A stretch of DNA of 64,000 bases from Promethearchaeota archaeon (GTDB taxonomy: Archaea; Asgardarchaeota; Heimdallarchaeia; Hodarchaeales; Hodarchaeaceae): contig JBHLMN010000023.1 in assembly GCA_048938105.1 (NCBI GenBank), forward strand, positions 1-64,000, written 5' to 3'. The translations under genes were made by a program, and so were the position numbers. Numbering within the stretch: position 1 is the stretch's first letter; every line of letters begins with the position of its first letter. Shown here in pieces: positions 29,951 to 40,443 of the stretch. The notes beneath the pieces were generated by a model. It searched no databases and was not told the origin of the DNA. It worked only from the letters and a program-made list of their open reading frames with translations.

Positions 29951-30694
29951 ATGGGAAAACGTATTTTAGTTCAGCGTCGTGGACGAGGCTCACCAACCTT
30001 TCGATCTTTGTCGCATCGAAAACGAGGAAAAGCTCGATATTTACCACTCACAGAAAAAGAACTCAATGATAAAGTAAAATTCACGATTATTGACTTCACT
30101 CACGAGCGGGGCCGAGGTGTCCCCTTAATGCTTGTAAAGTATGAGAATGGCAGTGAATGCTTTCTTCCAGCCCCCGAAGGTGTCTATGTAGGTCAAAAGC
30201 GAGAACAAGGTGTAAATGCAGCTTTAGAAGTTGGAAATATTTTGCCTATTTTTAAAATTCCCGAAGGGATATGGATCTGTAATGTAGAAATGCGTCCTGG
30301 TGATGGAGGAGCATTGTGTCGATCTTCAGGAACCCATGGACTAGTAAGAAGCCAGTCTAAAGATGGTTCTTCTATCCAACTGCCTTCTCGAAAAGTTAAA
30401 ACGATTGATAATAATGCTCGTGCAATGATAGGCATTATTTCGGCAGGTGGAAGACCAGACCGCCCTTTTGTTAAAGCTGGGCTTAAAAGAGCTTTCATGC
30501 GAGCAAAAGGACATAAATCATTTCCAGTTGTCCGTGGTGTGGCAATGAACATCGCCTCACATCCGTTTGGAGGAGGATCGCACCAAGGCCCTGGGCAACC
30601 CACTACTGTTTCCCGTAATGCCCCCCCAGGGAGGAAAGTGGGATTGATTGCAGCTCGTCGAACTGGATTAAGGCGTGGACGTATTCGAGATTAA
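29951..30694 (+). CDS. rpl2: 50S ribosomal protein L2 (uL2)
   Basis: MGKRILVQRRGRG, VRGVAMN..HPFGGG, KVGLIAARRTG. Confidence 0.97.
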   Translation: MGKRILVQRRGRGSPTFRSLSHRKRGKARYLPLTEKELNDKVKFTIIDFTHERGRGVPLMLVKYENGSECFLPAPEGVYVGQKREQGVNAALEVGNILPIFKIPEGIWICNVEMRPGDGGALCRSSGTHGLVRSQSKDGSSIQLPSRKVKTIDNNARAMIGIISAGGRPDRPFVKAGLKRAFMRAKGHKSFPVVRGVAMNIASHPFGGGSHQGPGQPTTVSRNAPPGRKVGLIAARRTGLRRGRIRD

Positions 30695-30730
30695 AACTTA
30701 AAATAATAACTCTTCCTCTTTCTTTGTAGT

Positions 30731-31378
30731 TTATTGTTTAGAGAGTTTCTTTTTCACTTTCTTTAATCTTACAAAAGCTTCTCGCTCGCGCTCAGCTAGA
30801 GTTAATTTGATCCATCTTACTGTAGCCTCGATACGGGGAATGATGATGTAATTCAAGGCATTAACACGGCGTTTTGTTTCGATTATTTCTCCTGCAAGTC
30901 TAGTTAATGTTGACTGAGTCTCTGCGAGATTAATAATTGCTTGAAGAGCCTCTTCAAAGATTTTTAAAGCTGAATCAAATTTTGCAGTCGTTTCACGCAT
31001 AGAGTAGTATATTGAATCGCTAAGGAAAGTTTCTTCCTTATGGATATTGAAGATAGGGACAGAAATTCCCATCAATCTTCTACTCTTACTTTCTATTCGA
31101 AACTTACGGGGATAATTCAAGACTATGTCTTGGACTGTTAATTCCCCTATCTGGAGGTTTAGTTCGATCATTTGATCTTGAGAGTCTTTAATTGTCCCCT
31201 GAACTTTTTTTCGTTTTTGTTTATACAACATGACTGTTGAGAACAGCTCCCCTGTTAAAGCTTCGAGTTTTTCACTCAAAAGCTCATAACCTTTGTTAGC
31301 AAGTTCCAATCTTTGCTTTAACTCTAATAATTGCATACGAGTCGGCGTTATTCCTGGAATTATGTTTTCTGTACTCAT
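30731..31378 (-). CDS. atpD: A/V-type ATP synthase subunit D
   Basis: PTRMQLLELK...GYELL..K, TKRRVNAL, EREREAFVRLK. Confidence 0.93.
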   Translation of the reverse strand: MSTENIIPGITPTRMQLLELKQRLELANKGYELLSEKLEALTGELFSTVMLYKQKRKKVQGTIKDSQDQMIELNLQIGELTVQDIVLNYPRKFRIESKSRRLMGISVPIFNIHKEETFLSDSIYYSMRETTAKFDSALKIFEEALQAIINLAETQSTLTRLAGEIIETKRRVNALNYIIIPRIEATVRWIKLTLAEREREAFVRLKKVKKKLSKQ

Positions 31379-31427
31379 ACAAGGACCTCTGCAGCGAATA
31401 AGGAACATCTATCTAACTAGGGTAAAC

Positions 31428-31545
31428 TGGTGCGGGGGATGAGATTTGAACTCACGAACGCCTATGCGAGCAGATCTTGAGTCTGCCCCCGTTGACCTGG
31501 CAGAATCTTTATCTTATCCAATTGACCTGGCTAGGGAACCCCCGC
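31428..31545 (-). tRNA. tRNA-Leu(CAA) with a 30-nt intron at position 21/22 (intron 31492-31521) and encoded CCA
   Basis: GCGGGGG acceptor, GCAGA-CTCAAGA-TCTGC anticodon arm, long variable arm, GTTCAAAT T-loop; removing 30 nt restores the D-arm. Confidence 0.9.
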
Positions 31546-31914
31546 ATATTGTGTGTTGTATTAGAGTTTTTTTTTTCGCTAATAGAGAAGGAATTTTTTT
31601 ATTTTAAAAAGTTTGGAATATTCCTAATGAAGAATCTTAATCTTATCTAAAATTTCTTTTAGAGATAAGATTTGAATTTTAACATCATTTTGGAATTAAT
31701 ATAATAAATGAGAAATTAAGATATGTTTAGGAGGAGATAGACTAATGTCTGTTCTACATATTTTTTACAGAATTCACAATAATTTCATTTTTAGTTCAGT
31801 ACCGACTTCAACTACGATCATAACAGATCTTTTTTTGTTTGTTCTTTTTAGATAAATTGTAACCTTGACACAGTTATTCAGATATCTAAATAGGAAATCA
31901 TCAAAGTATTAGAT

Positions 31915-32751
31915 CTATTGACTAATCCAATCTTCAAGTTTACTTAAAGTAATCATCATAGCCTCTTCTAATCGAAGAGAACGAGTGCCATAATTTTGTA
32001 AAATACTGAAACAACAATCGAATAAATCACTGATCTTTTTACCTTCAGCTTTAACCATCTCTGGGATTCCATGATAAGGGCCCCCAAAGGCAATTAAAAG
32101 CCTCTTCTTGCTGATAATTTCGACAGAAAATGATGATAATGGTTGACAAGATTTAGAAGTAGCAATTTTAAATTCAGATCTATTTATAAGAAGTTTTCCA
32201 AGAGTTGTTGCAGACGGATGGACAGAAAATCCCCAGTATATATTTTTTGGGGGATTATCAAGGACAATTGCTTTGTACCCTTCCTTTGTTCTTTGAATTT
32301 TTGTTGTGACTCTTATAGTTTTATTTGAAAGCGATCTTTTAGGAGGAGAAAGCACTTCAAGGAGCTGTGTCCCTCCAACGTCTGCAACAACGCGATTTTG
32401 ATTAAGAAAAATAGCTGCTTCTCTAATTTCGTTTGGTTTTAACTCCCGTGAACGAATGTGGTGTGGTGTTGCCAAAGGAGAAAGAATACCAACAGCAGAA
32501 GTATCACGAGAAAGAGGAAACAGCCTCTTTCGAAGATATTGAGGACATTCAATATATTCAAGAATTCTAGTGATGATACGTCTTTCACGGTTTGAACGAG
32601 AGGGTTTTAAAAAGGGATCATGAAAGATAAGTATATCTTGGGCCATGAAAATTGCAGCGATCCGTGCAATCTGAAAAATCTTTTCAGTTTTTGAACGAAG
32701 ATCATTACAATCAGTGACAGCTGAATCTGGAATAGCAATTGTAAGTAACAA
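31915..32751 (-). CDS. SPOUT-family RNA methyltransferase (DUF171/C9orf114-like)
   Basis: IAIPDS, YIECPQYLRK, YWG, FGGP, GTRSLRLEEA. Confidence 0.88.
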   Translation of the reverse strand: MLLTIAIPDSAVTDCNDLRSKTEKIFQIARIAAIFMAQDILIFHDPFLKPSRSNRERRIITRILEYIECPQYLRKRLFPLSRDTSAVGILSPLATPHHIRSRELKPNEIREAAIFLNQNRVVADVGGTQLLEVLSPPKRSLSNKTIRVTTKIQRTKEGYKAIVLDNPPKNIYWGFSVHPSATTLGKLLINRSEFKIATSKSCQPLSSFSVEIISKKRLLIAFGGPYHGIPEMVKAEGKKISDLFDCCFSILQNYGTRSLRLEEAMMITLSKLEDWISQ

Positions 32752-32816
32752 AGGGAGATTTCACTTCTGGTGTTCAAAATGGATATGTATAAATCTAGAG
32801 GAACCAATAAATTATG

Positions 32817-33704
32817 TTAAGTTAGTGTTTTTTCGTAATATGAGTCAACATAAGCTCTAATTACATCCTTTTGATTGATAATTCCAAGAAGTTTACCATC
32901 TGCACTTACCACAGGGAGTTGGTCGAATTGTTTTGAGCTCATTTTTCTCGAAACATCACTGATTGTACTACCTTTGTAACAAACTTCAACATTTCGTTCC
33001 ATTATCTCGCCAACTCTCATGTTAGGAGGTAAAGTTAATGTTTTAGAGCCAATTATCAAAACTGATTCGCTATCCCAAGAGGAGCTGTCATTTTCTGCAC
33101 CGTGGCCTGTACGGCTCTTACTTTGAGAGTCGAGAATTTCTGCTACCTTAAGAAAATCATGTTGGGTTATTATTCCTACCATTTTCGATTCATTTATTAC
33201 TGGGATTCCTTTTTGATGACTCAAACGAAGTACCATAGCTGCATCAGGAAGTGGGGTTCCTTCCCAAATGGTTGTAATATTGGGAGAAAAATAGTTTTCA
33301 ACATCAGATAGGATTTTAGCTGGTACAATAACTTTTTTTACAATATCATTCCGCGAAACAATGCCAACAAGGGACTTACCATCTTTTTCATCTACAATGG
33401 GGATTCGCTGAAAAACCTCTCTGACAAAAATACGCGCAGCAGTAATGGCTTTATCACTAGGTTTGAGTGTGACAACATCTCGAACCATTAATAACGAAAT
33501 CTGGGTTTCATCAGGATTTCTGAAAAGATCAGAGCGTGAAACAATTCCAACAAGTTCTTTCGAGTCTTTTTTCAAAACAGGATATACACTTAGACCTGTT
33601 TTTCGGATTTCATCTAATAGAATGTCCCTATTCCCAGGAATGGTCATTGTAACAAGATCTTCTCTCTTCGTCATAATTCTGGAAATTTGGATGTCTTTTG
33701 CCAT
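32817..33704 (-). CDS. Four-CBS-domain protein
   Basis: Repeated PV...LVGIVSR.D CBS motifs. Confidence 0.9.
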   Translation of the reverse strand: MAKDIQISRIMTKREDLVTMTIPGNRDILLDEIRKTGLSVYPVLKKDSKELVGIVSRSDLFRNPDETQISLLMVRDVVTLKPSDKAITAARIFVREVFQRIPIVDEKDGKSLVGIVSRNDIVKKVIVPAKILSDVENYFSPNITTIWEGTPLPDAAMVLRLSHQKGIPVINESKMVGIITQHDFLKVAEILDSQSKSRTGHGAENDSSSWDSESVLIIGSKTLTLPPNMRVGEIMERNVEVCYKGSTISDVSRKMSSKQFDQLPVVSADGKLLGIINQKDVIRAYVDSYYEKTLT

Positions 33705-33812
33705 AAGTTTCCACCTATTGATCAATTTTATTTTGTTTCTCAACGAAAATTGGTTTTCTCTATTTCCCCAATCAAGAAATGAAAGGAAAACAAGATAAGA
33801 GTAAAAACCAAG

Positions 33813-33998
33813 CTAAGCATTAAGTTGGAGCAAATTTAAGATTAAAATTATTGCTATAAATGCGATAGCTATCGCAACAGTCCAATATGGCCCCATCTTT
33901 AAACCTGGTGAGTCTGATTCTGAATAAAACCTTATTAATCCAGCTCCAGTTGCAGGCATCGGAGAATCATCTCGTCGCTTAGCTTTTCTAACACTCAA
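33813..33998 (-). CDS. Preprotein translocase subunit Sec61beta
   Basis: MPATGAGLIRFYSE...KMGP followed by a C-terminal TM. Confidence 0.9.
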   Translation of the reverse strand: MSVRKAKRRDDSPMPATGAGLIRFYSESDSPGLKMGPYWTVAIAIAFIAIILILNLLQLNA

Positions 33999-34225
33999 TA
34001 TTAAAACCCACTTTATTTTTAGATATTCATAGAGATCTGCTTATTGTGACCTACTTCAATAATCATTATAAAGTTTTATATAATTACCACTTTTTTCTGG
34101 GATTTGAGAAATAATCTTATTTTATTGTTTTGACAATCAAGTACCATTTTCATGTAATTCTTGAGTTTTCTAGTACTGTTATCACATAACATCGAATTTC
34201 TCTTTAATCGTAATATGAAAGGATT

Positions 34226-34999
34226 TTAATGGAAAATTCGGGTATAAAATCTGCTTACTCGCCACCACATCCAATCTAACCAGTCTGCAAATTGATCAAT
34301 GATCGGAACATCGAATTTCTCAATAACAAAAGCAAATAAGATGGTTCCGAAAAAACCAATGATCTTAGACGAGACATCATGAGCCCAATAAAATGCTTCG
34401 TTAGGATCCATTTGAAACTGCATAATTAAGATATAAACACACCATAAATGGAATGTGATTCGGAGAGCATTTCCAATGAAGAGTACGGAAAAGAAAGCAA
34501 TACTAGCACGGATTTTAGCGATCCATGGAGCTTCAGTTACCATGATGATAGCAATTAGTAATCCACCGGCCTGCATTCCTGTGCATGCTTTGACTATCCA
34601 GTAATCTCCGTCTGGAATAGGGTCCGGGTATGAAATTCTAATACCTGGCGTGTGAATCGTAGCTTCGAGGAAAGGGAAGGATCCTCCCCTCAGTGATTCA
34701 GGGATGATAGTATTGGGGTCAACATTAGGGATAAGGGTGTTTTCAATTCCTATTATGTTTAATAATGTATGTATAATATCTCGAGTGGGAATCTCAATGA
34801 ATACCCAATCAGGAAGCGTATACAACAAAAAAGTAATGAGCGTTGCTATCCCCAACGTCATTAACATAAGTTTGTCATCATGAAATCGTTTTGAAACAGT
34901 TTTGACGGGCTCATGTTGAGATTTGGGTGTAATTTTGTCCAAAGTTTTTATATCAGAGGGATAAGCAGGAGTCGATGATGTATGTGTATCGCTAGTCAT
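34226..34999 (-). CDS. Archaeosortase/exosortase family transpeptidase
   Basis: IVKACTG (Cys), NALRI (Arg), AHD (His) in a multi-TM protein. Confidence 0.8.
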   Translation of the reverse strand: MTSDTHTSSTPAYPSDIKTLDKITPKSQHEPVKTVSKRFHDDKLMLMTLGIATLITFLLYTLPDWVFIEIPTRDIIHTLLNIIGIENTLIPNVDPNTIIPESLRGGSFPFLEATIHTPGIRISYPDPIPDGDYWIVKACTGMQAGGLLIAIIMVTEAPWIAKIRASIAFFSVLFIGNALRITFHLWCVYILIMQFQMDPNEAFYWAHDVSSKIIGFFGTILFAFVIEKFDVPIIDQFADWLDWMWWRVSRFYTRIFH

Positions 35000-35202
35000 A
35001 AGATTCTATCTTCTGTTAAATAATTAAGATTGAATGAAACGAATTGCCTTTATTTAAATTATTTTTTCTTCGAAGGAAGAAACTAATTGAGGCAGAATCT
35101 TTTTTCACGTTGACCATACAAACATATCATTCGACATCTTCGATACGGAAGGTCGTACTCGTCCACAAGAAAATGGTTAAAAAGTAAATCCTAGTTTATG
35201 CT

Positions 35203-36906
35203 TCAAGACGACTGAAATTGCTTAGGATCTTTTAAACAATACCAACCGAATTTTACGGTGCAAATATCTTTTTCTACTAACTCTCTTAACACTTGCTTTA
35301 TTTGCTCCTTGGGTAGTTTGACATCAGATGTCAGAAGATTTGATTGTGCTTTATAATGGGGCCTTTGTAAAAGAGCTTTGATTACTTGTTCCTCAGATGG
35401 AGTAAGACTTAACCCTTTTGGTATTTTATATTTCACAGACTCCTTGACTTGATCAAGTGTCGAGCCTCGTTTGTGTTCTAGGATATTTTTATCCTTTAGA
35501 ATATACCAACCATAGGAAACACGTAAAATTCCTTTTTCAACCAAGTTCCTTAAAACTTCTTTTAAAATACTCTGTTTTAACCCAGTTGGCCGTGTTAGGA
35601 GATTTGATTGCGCTTTAAGGTTTGGTCTTGATTTAATTGCCTTAATAGTAGCAATTTCTTCAGGTGTCAATCCTTCACCCACACGGGAAATACGAGGAGA
35701 CTTCTTTTTTTTCTTCTTTTTCTCGCCATCGCTGAAGGTTTTCTTAAAGAAGGGTAAATGGCTTTTCTTAATAATATACCATCCTACCTGGGTTCGAAGA
35801 AGACCTTTTGATATTAGGGATCGTAAAAGTGTTTCTGCTTTATCAATAGGGATACCTAAATCCTTAGCTAAAATTTCTGGCTTTGTTCGATGTTTGATCC
35901 TCATATAAGTACGTTCTAATATCTCCATTTCTATTTCTGTAGGTAAATCTTCTTCCCAGTTATCACGTCTAAATAATGAAGTTGTTTGTTTTAAATAAGG
36001 TTTGATATTACTTGAGTAGGCTTTTTGAGGAGGTTTGGGATGGAAGAGATCTCCTTCTAGATCCTCAGTGGATATTCCGACGTCATTGAATTTTTCATTC
36101 AGAAAATCTTCCTCTCCTTGCGCTCTGTCAAGATCATTCTCTTTATAATCGATAATGCCTCTATCAGTTGCAGATGAACTCTCTGTAATTATTTCTGAAG
36201 TTTTTCTCTCAATAGTTGAGGGTAGAGGAAAGGATTTTATCACTTCATTCTCTGTTACATCTTCGGATTGAGAGGGGTCAATATCACTTGATTGATCTAA
36301 ATATTCTGGCGATGTACTCGATTGAAGCTTCGGAAGTACCTGTTCTTGTTGAAAGGTAGTTTTTTTAGCAGGACTTTCAGAAACAATGGTTTGTGGCGTT
36401 GTTGGTGGGCGTATAGTTTGAGTACGAGTTTGTGGTTTAATTATTTGTCGAGCTTGTAATTGAGGTCTTTTAGACTCAATTTTTTCAGGACTGAAAATAA
36501 GTGTTTTTTGAGTCGTTGTAATAGAGTAGTGTTGAGTCTCGAAGAGAGTGATAACATGATTTATCAATGTTTCAAACGGTGGACCAATCCCCTCGGTTTC
36601 AACAATGAGAGATTCACCTGCTTCTGTTTTAAGGTAATGTTTTACCTTGATCTTCTTTAAACCCAGCTGATTCAATTGAAAAAATTCTTGGATTTCTCGG
36701 TTCATAACAGTCGATTCATTACCATGAATTTCAAGAATGTAATGTTGCTCTTGACGGTTTTCCTCGATATAAAAAACAAGAGTTGGAAAATCCGGAATCC
36801 TAGGTGTGGCGTGAACGGAATTCTCTATGAATTCAATTTCACGAAATCGGCCTCGCGCTTTCAAGAAATTCACAAAATCATTTAAAACAGTATTTTGCCG
36901 GAACAA
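35203..36906 (-). CDS. Protein with an N-terminal globular domain, disordered linker and three tandem winged-helix repeats
   Basis: Three ~60-aa repeats ending LR.L..K......GWY..K. Confidence 0.75.
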   Translation of the reverse strand: MFRQNTVLNDFVNFLKARGRFREIEFIENSVHATPRIPDFPTLVFYIEENRQEQHYILEIHGNESTVMNREIQEFFQLNQLGLKKIKVKHYLKTEAGESLIVETEGIGPPFETLINHVITLFETQHYSITTTQKTLIFSPEKIESKRPQLQARQIIKPQTRTQTIRPPTTPQTIVSESPAKKTTFQQEQVLPKLQSSTSPEYLDQSSDIDPSQSEDVTENEVIKSFPLPSTIERKTSEIITESSSATDRGIIDYKENDLDRAQGEEDFLNEKFNDVGISTEDLEGDLFHPKPPQKAYSSNIKPYLKQTTSLFRRDNWEEDLPTEIEMEILERTYMRIKHRTKPEILAKDLGIPIDKAETLLRSLISKGLLRTQVGWYIIKKSHLPFFKKTFSDGEKKKKKKKSPRISRVGEGLTPEEIATIKAIKSRPNLKAQSNLLTRPTGLKQSILKEVLRNLVEKGILRVSYGWYILKDKNILEHKRGSTLDQVKESVKYKIPKGLSLTPSEEQVIKALLQRPHYKAQSNLLTSDVKLPKEQIKQVLRELVEKDICTVKFGWYCLKDPKQFQSS

Positions 36907-37232
36907 CTTAAAACATTTCCCTGATTACAGAATAAAGCCCGACAACAAAAAGACAATAGGCAGAATCCGACTAGAAGCTCTTTTATATCGTCTTGAAAAA
37001 CTTTTTGGTGATTTTGAGAAAAATCCTAGCTATTTAAGAGACATCAGCATTATAATGCTTGTAATCTTGGTTTTTTCAGATATTATACGAGGTGAAATTA
37101 GGATTCTTAACTTTAAGTTATCCTCGTATTGTAAATAAAGAGAATGGTTTTGAGGAATGGTTAGGAAAGTAAAACTTCAATACAAATCATTTTTAGATGA
37201 AAAATTGAATAAATTGAGAATGAAAGAGAATA

Positions 37233-37697
37233 TTAGTAAGATTTATTCAATAGTTTAAGGCGAATTTCTTCTAACGTTAAATTCTCAATTTCTTTTCGAA
37301 GATAATTAGGCACTGTAAAGATCCAATTATTTAGCTTCTTGGAATTCAACTGATCAGGATGTTGGAGAACTTCTTCCCACACAGAAACATAGTCATGTAA
37401 TGGAATTCCTAAAGGTGTTGTATAAATCTTTGGCCCTGGTTCTTGAAGAAAGTGTTGTTCTGGTGAAATCCGATTTTGATTGGGAAGATTTTTTTCAAGG
37501 GTTTCAAATCTTTCTACTAGACCAAAATGATAAAGCTCTCCTAGAATTGCAATTACTGTTTGTATATCAGCATCAATGTTTTGCAAAGATTTTGTAATCT
37601 GAGGTATTGTTAGCTGTTTTTTTGTCAGTAATTTCAATATTGGTATTGAAAGTGGATTATCCAACAACTTTGCTATCTTGTTATGAATCTGCATCAT
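37233..37697 (-). CDS. Winged-helix (ArsR-like) protein
   Basis: LLDNPLSIPILKLL...LTIPQI...LGELYHFGLVER. Confidence 0.6.
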   Translation of the reverse strand: MMQIHNKIAKLLDNPLSIPILKLLTKKQLTIPQITKSLQNIDADIQTVIAILGELYHFGLVERFETLEKNLPNQNRISPEQHFLQEPGPKIYTTPLGIPLHDYVSVWEEVLQHPDQLNSKKLNNWIFTVPNYLRKEIENLTLEEIRLKLLNKSY

Positions 37698-37945
37698 TCG
37701 AAAGAAAAATCAATTTAGTATATTAAATATGATCTAAATATTCATAAGAATTTATTTGCATTATAAAAAGACAACTTAAATACATTGTCATAAAATCCAA
37801 TATAGAGTGCAAATATCAAAGAAAAAGGAGAAAAGATAAGAGCAGCTAAGCGATATCTATGTTAACTATTCTTATAAGTAATTCATAACATTCAGGCACA
37901 CTTTTTATATGATCAAGCAAATAAAAGGAGATAATAGAGGAAACA

Positions 37946-38659
37946 ATGATGGTAGAAGAAGCACCCGTTGGAAGTGATGTTATTGTTGAATGTATCGATT
38001 TAAAAAAATCTTATATTCTAGGAGAAGTGAAAGTGGAGGCACTAAGAGGGATCAATATGGAAATACAGAGGGGAGAAATGGTTGCTATCCAAGGGCCTTC
38101 TGGTTGCGGTAAAACAACCTTACTGAATATCATTGGATCATTAGATTCTCCAACTTCTGGGAAAGTTCTTCTTGAGGGGAGAGAAATATCTAATGCATCA
38201 GAGCGTGAACTCACAGAAATCCGTAGAAAAAGTGTGGGATTTATTTTCCAGTTTTACAATCTACTTCCAGTCTTAACTGCACTGGAGAATGTTGAGCTTC
38301 CAATGCTGATAGCAGGAATATCTAAAACGAAGAGACATGAGAGAGCAATAGATTTATTAGGAAAAGTGGATTTACTTGACAGGAAAGATCATAAACCTGA
38401 CGAATTGAGTGGTGGAGAGCGTCAGAGAGTAGCAATAGCACGTGCTCTAGCAAACAATCCTTTAATTCTTTTAGCAGACGAACCTACTGGAGATTTAGAT
38501 ACAGAAACAGGGGAAACAATTTTAGAAGAACTAAGAAGGGTTAACAAAACAGAGAACCAAACACTCGTGATAGTAACTCATGATACAAGTATAGCAAAAA
38601 AAGCTCAACGTATTTTTCATATTAAAGATGGAGTTATAGTTTCTGTGGAAAAGAACTAA
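37946..38659 (+). CDS. ABC transporter ATP-binding protein (LolD/MacB type)
   Basis: GPSGCGKTT, LSGGERQRVAIARAL, ADEPTG. Confidence 0.95.
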   Translation: MMVEEAPVGSDVIVECIDLKKSYILGEVKVEALRGINMEIQRGEMVAIQGPSGCGKTTLLNIIGSLDSPTSGKVLLEGREISNASERELTEIRRKSVGFIFQFYNLLPVLTALENVELPMLIAGISKTKRHERAIDLLGKVDLLDRKDHKPDELSGGERQRVAIARALANNPLILLADEPTGDLDTETGETILEELRRVNKTENQTLVIVTHDTSIAKKAQRIFHIKDGVIVSVEKN

Positions 38660-38675
38660 TATCCCCTTGTTAATC

Positions 38676-39650
38676 TCAAATAAGTAACGTTCTTAGTGAA
38701 TCATTTCCTGTTCTTTTGGATTCAGCGTCCAGAATCTTCACTAGCTCTTTAAAACGATTCCTTATTGTCACAGGAGTGATTTTAGCTATGTTTGCGATCT
38801 CCTGTTGTGTTCTTCGCTCACCAGTCTGAATAGTAGAGATGTAAAGCGCAGCTGCAGCGAGACTCATGGGATTCTTACCGACAGTAGCTCCTTTTGATCG
38901 TGCAATGTTGAGAATAACAACAGCTTGTCTCCGCGCTTTCATTGTAACACGAAGACTAATGCCCAAACGATGCACTAACGCGGAGTAGTCGCTTGGGAAC
39001 ACCTTTAAATCTAGCTTTTGGAGAATTATTCGAATACAACGTCCAAGTTCTTTGGATGAAATATTAGACACCGAAGCGATATCTTTTAAAGTTTGAGGTA
39101 ACTTCTTTCTTCGACAGGCTAAATAAAGACTAGCTGAGATCATACCATCAATCGAACGGCCCCGAATGAGATTTTTCTTCAACGCTTTTCGATATATCAT
39201 TGCCCCCATTTCAGCAACATCTTCAGGTAGCTCCAACTGACTTTTAATACGTTTTAGCTCTTTTAGGGCGAATCTAAGGTTTCGTATTTCTGATTTTCTG
39301 GTACGATTGTCAATTCGCGATAAACGTCGATATTTAGTTTGAGAGGAAAAGGGTAATGTCCTACCAGTAATGTCTTTTCTGATATTCCCAATCTGAGTCC
39401 GTAATCCCATTTCCGCTTTTAAGGGAGTGATCGGACTTCCCGTACGGGAACGTTCTGCGAGCTCATTGGAATTATAGGCTCTCCATTCAGGCCCCATATC
39501 AATTTGCATATCTAAAACGAGACCACAAGATGCACAAATAGATGTTCCTTTGGTAGAGTCTACAACAATATCAGTACTACCACATTCAGGACATTTTGGC
39601 TCTCGTGATGAAAGAGGTGGCAAAAGAGGGCCCTCCGGAAATTTATACAA
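38676..39650 (-). CDS. tfb: Transcription initiation factor IIB (TFB)
   Basis: CPEC..CASC zinc ribbon, GPEWRAY, two cyclin folds, VTIRNRFKEL. Confidence 0.95.
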   Translation of the reverse strand: MYKFPEGPLLPPLSSREPKCPECGSTDIVVDSTKGTSICASCGLVLDMQIDMGPEWRAYNSNELAERSRTGSPITPLKAEMGLRTQIGNIRKDITGRTLPFSSQTKYRRLSRIDNRTRKSEIRNLRFALKELKRIKSQLELPEDVAEMGAMIYRKALKKNLIRGRSIDGMISASLYLACRRKKLPQTLKDIASVSNISSKELGRCIRIILQKLDLKVFPSDYSALVHRLGISLRVTMKARRQAVVILNIARSKGATVGKNPMSLAAAALYISTIQTGERRTQQEIANIAKITPVTIRNRFKELVKILDAESKRTGNDSLRTLLI

Positions 39651-40443
39651 ATTTCTTGAAAAAGCTTTTAAATGTCTATTGGCTTAGTATCGAAAATTCT
39701 TTGTTTGCTAGCTATAACATATTCAATATATGACCATTTTTGTTTCAAAAATAATGTTCTATTCTAGATTATATGATTTAAATTCTGCTCTAAAGGCAAG
39801 ACGACGGGATTCTGCTTTATATCATTGCTAAACCATAATAGAAATCTCCCTCAACATTCTTCTTAAGTGTCATTCCCATGAATTCATTGATGGCGAGGCT
39901 TACCACTCTCTATTAACGAATGGGTAATGTGTTAAGTTTATTACGTTCTGGGTATAGTCAATTTGGATTATTATTTCAGGGAGTCCAAAAAACGATTTCT
40001 TAATCGAAGAGTTTTTGGAAAGTTGGTATCAGGAGGCTAAGAATCGGATGAAACTAATTTGGCTTTGTGAGATAGTGAAATCCTGAACAGAGTTATCAGA
40101 AAAATACACTGATTTACAACTAAACAAGTACCTACAAAAGGAGAAAAAATAATTAATTCCTGATCTATCCCTTCACGCTCTGGTATAATTAATTCTAAAT
40201 CAAACAAATATAGTAAAAATTCGTTAAATGGATTCCTGAAAAAGTATAAAACCAATGGGAAAAAAATTCTTAAAATTAAAGAAAATACTCAGTGTAGGTA
40301 CATTATTTTCATGTTCATTTATAAACTATTTAAACCAAAGTATTTAAACTTTTGAGAAAACACTAGAGAATGTCTAATTACTCTCCATTCTTCTCATTAT
40401 ATCCAATTTGTGGTCTTATGATTAATTTATTTTGGTGAGGTTC

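Noticed and set aside
35132-35156. GC-rich hairpin downstream of a TGA-ending gene as a SECIS element
   Set aside because: The frame closes a few codons after the TGA and the protein has no selenoprotein context.
39660-40430. ncRNA (RNase P/SRP) or small gene between tfb and tbp
   Set aside because: No RNase P or SRP consensus was recognisable, and ORF 40037-40255 has no motif.
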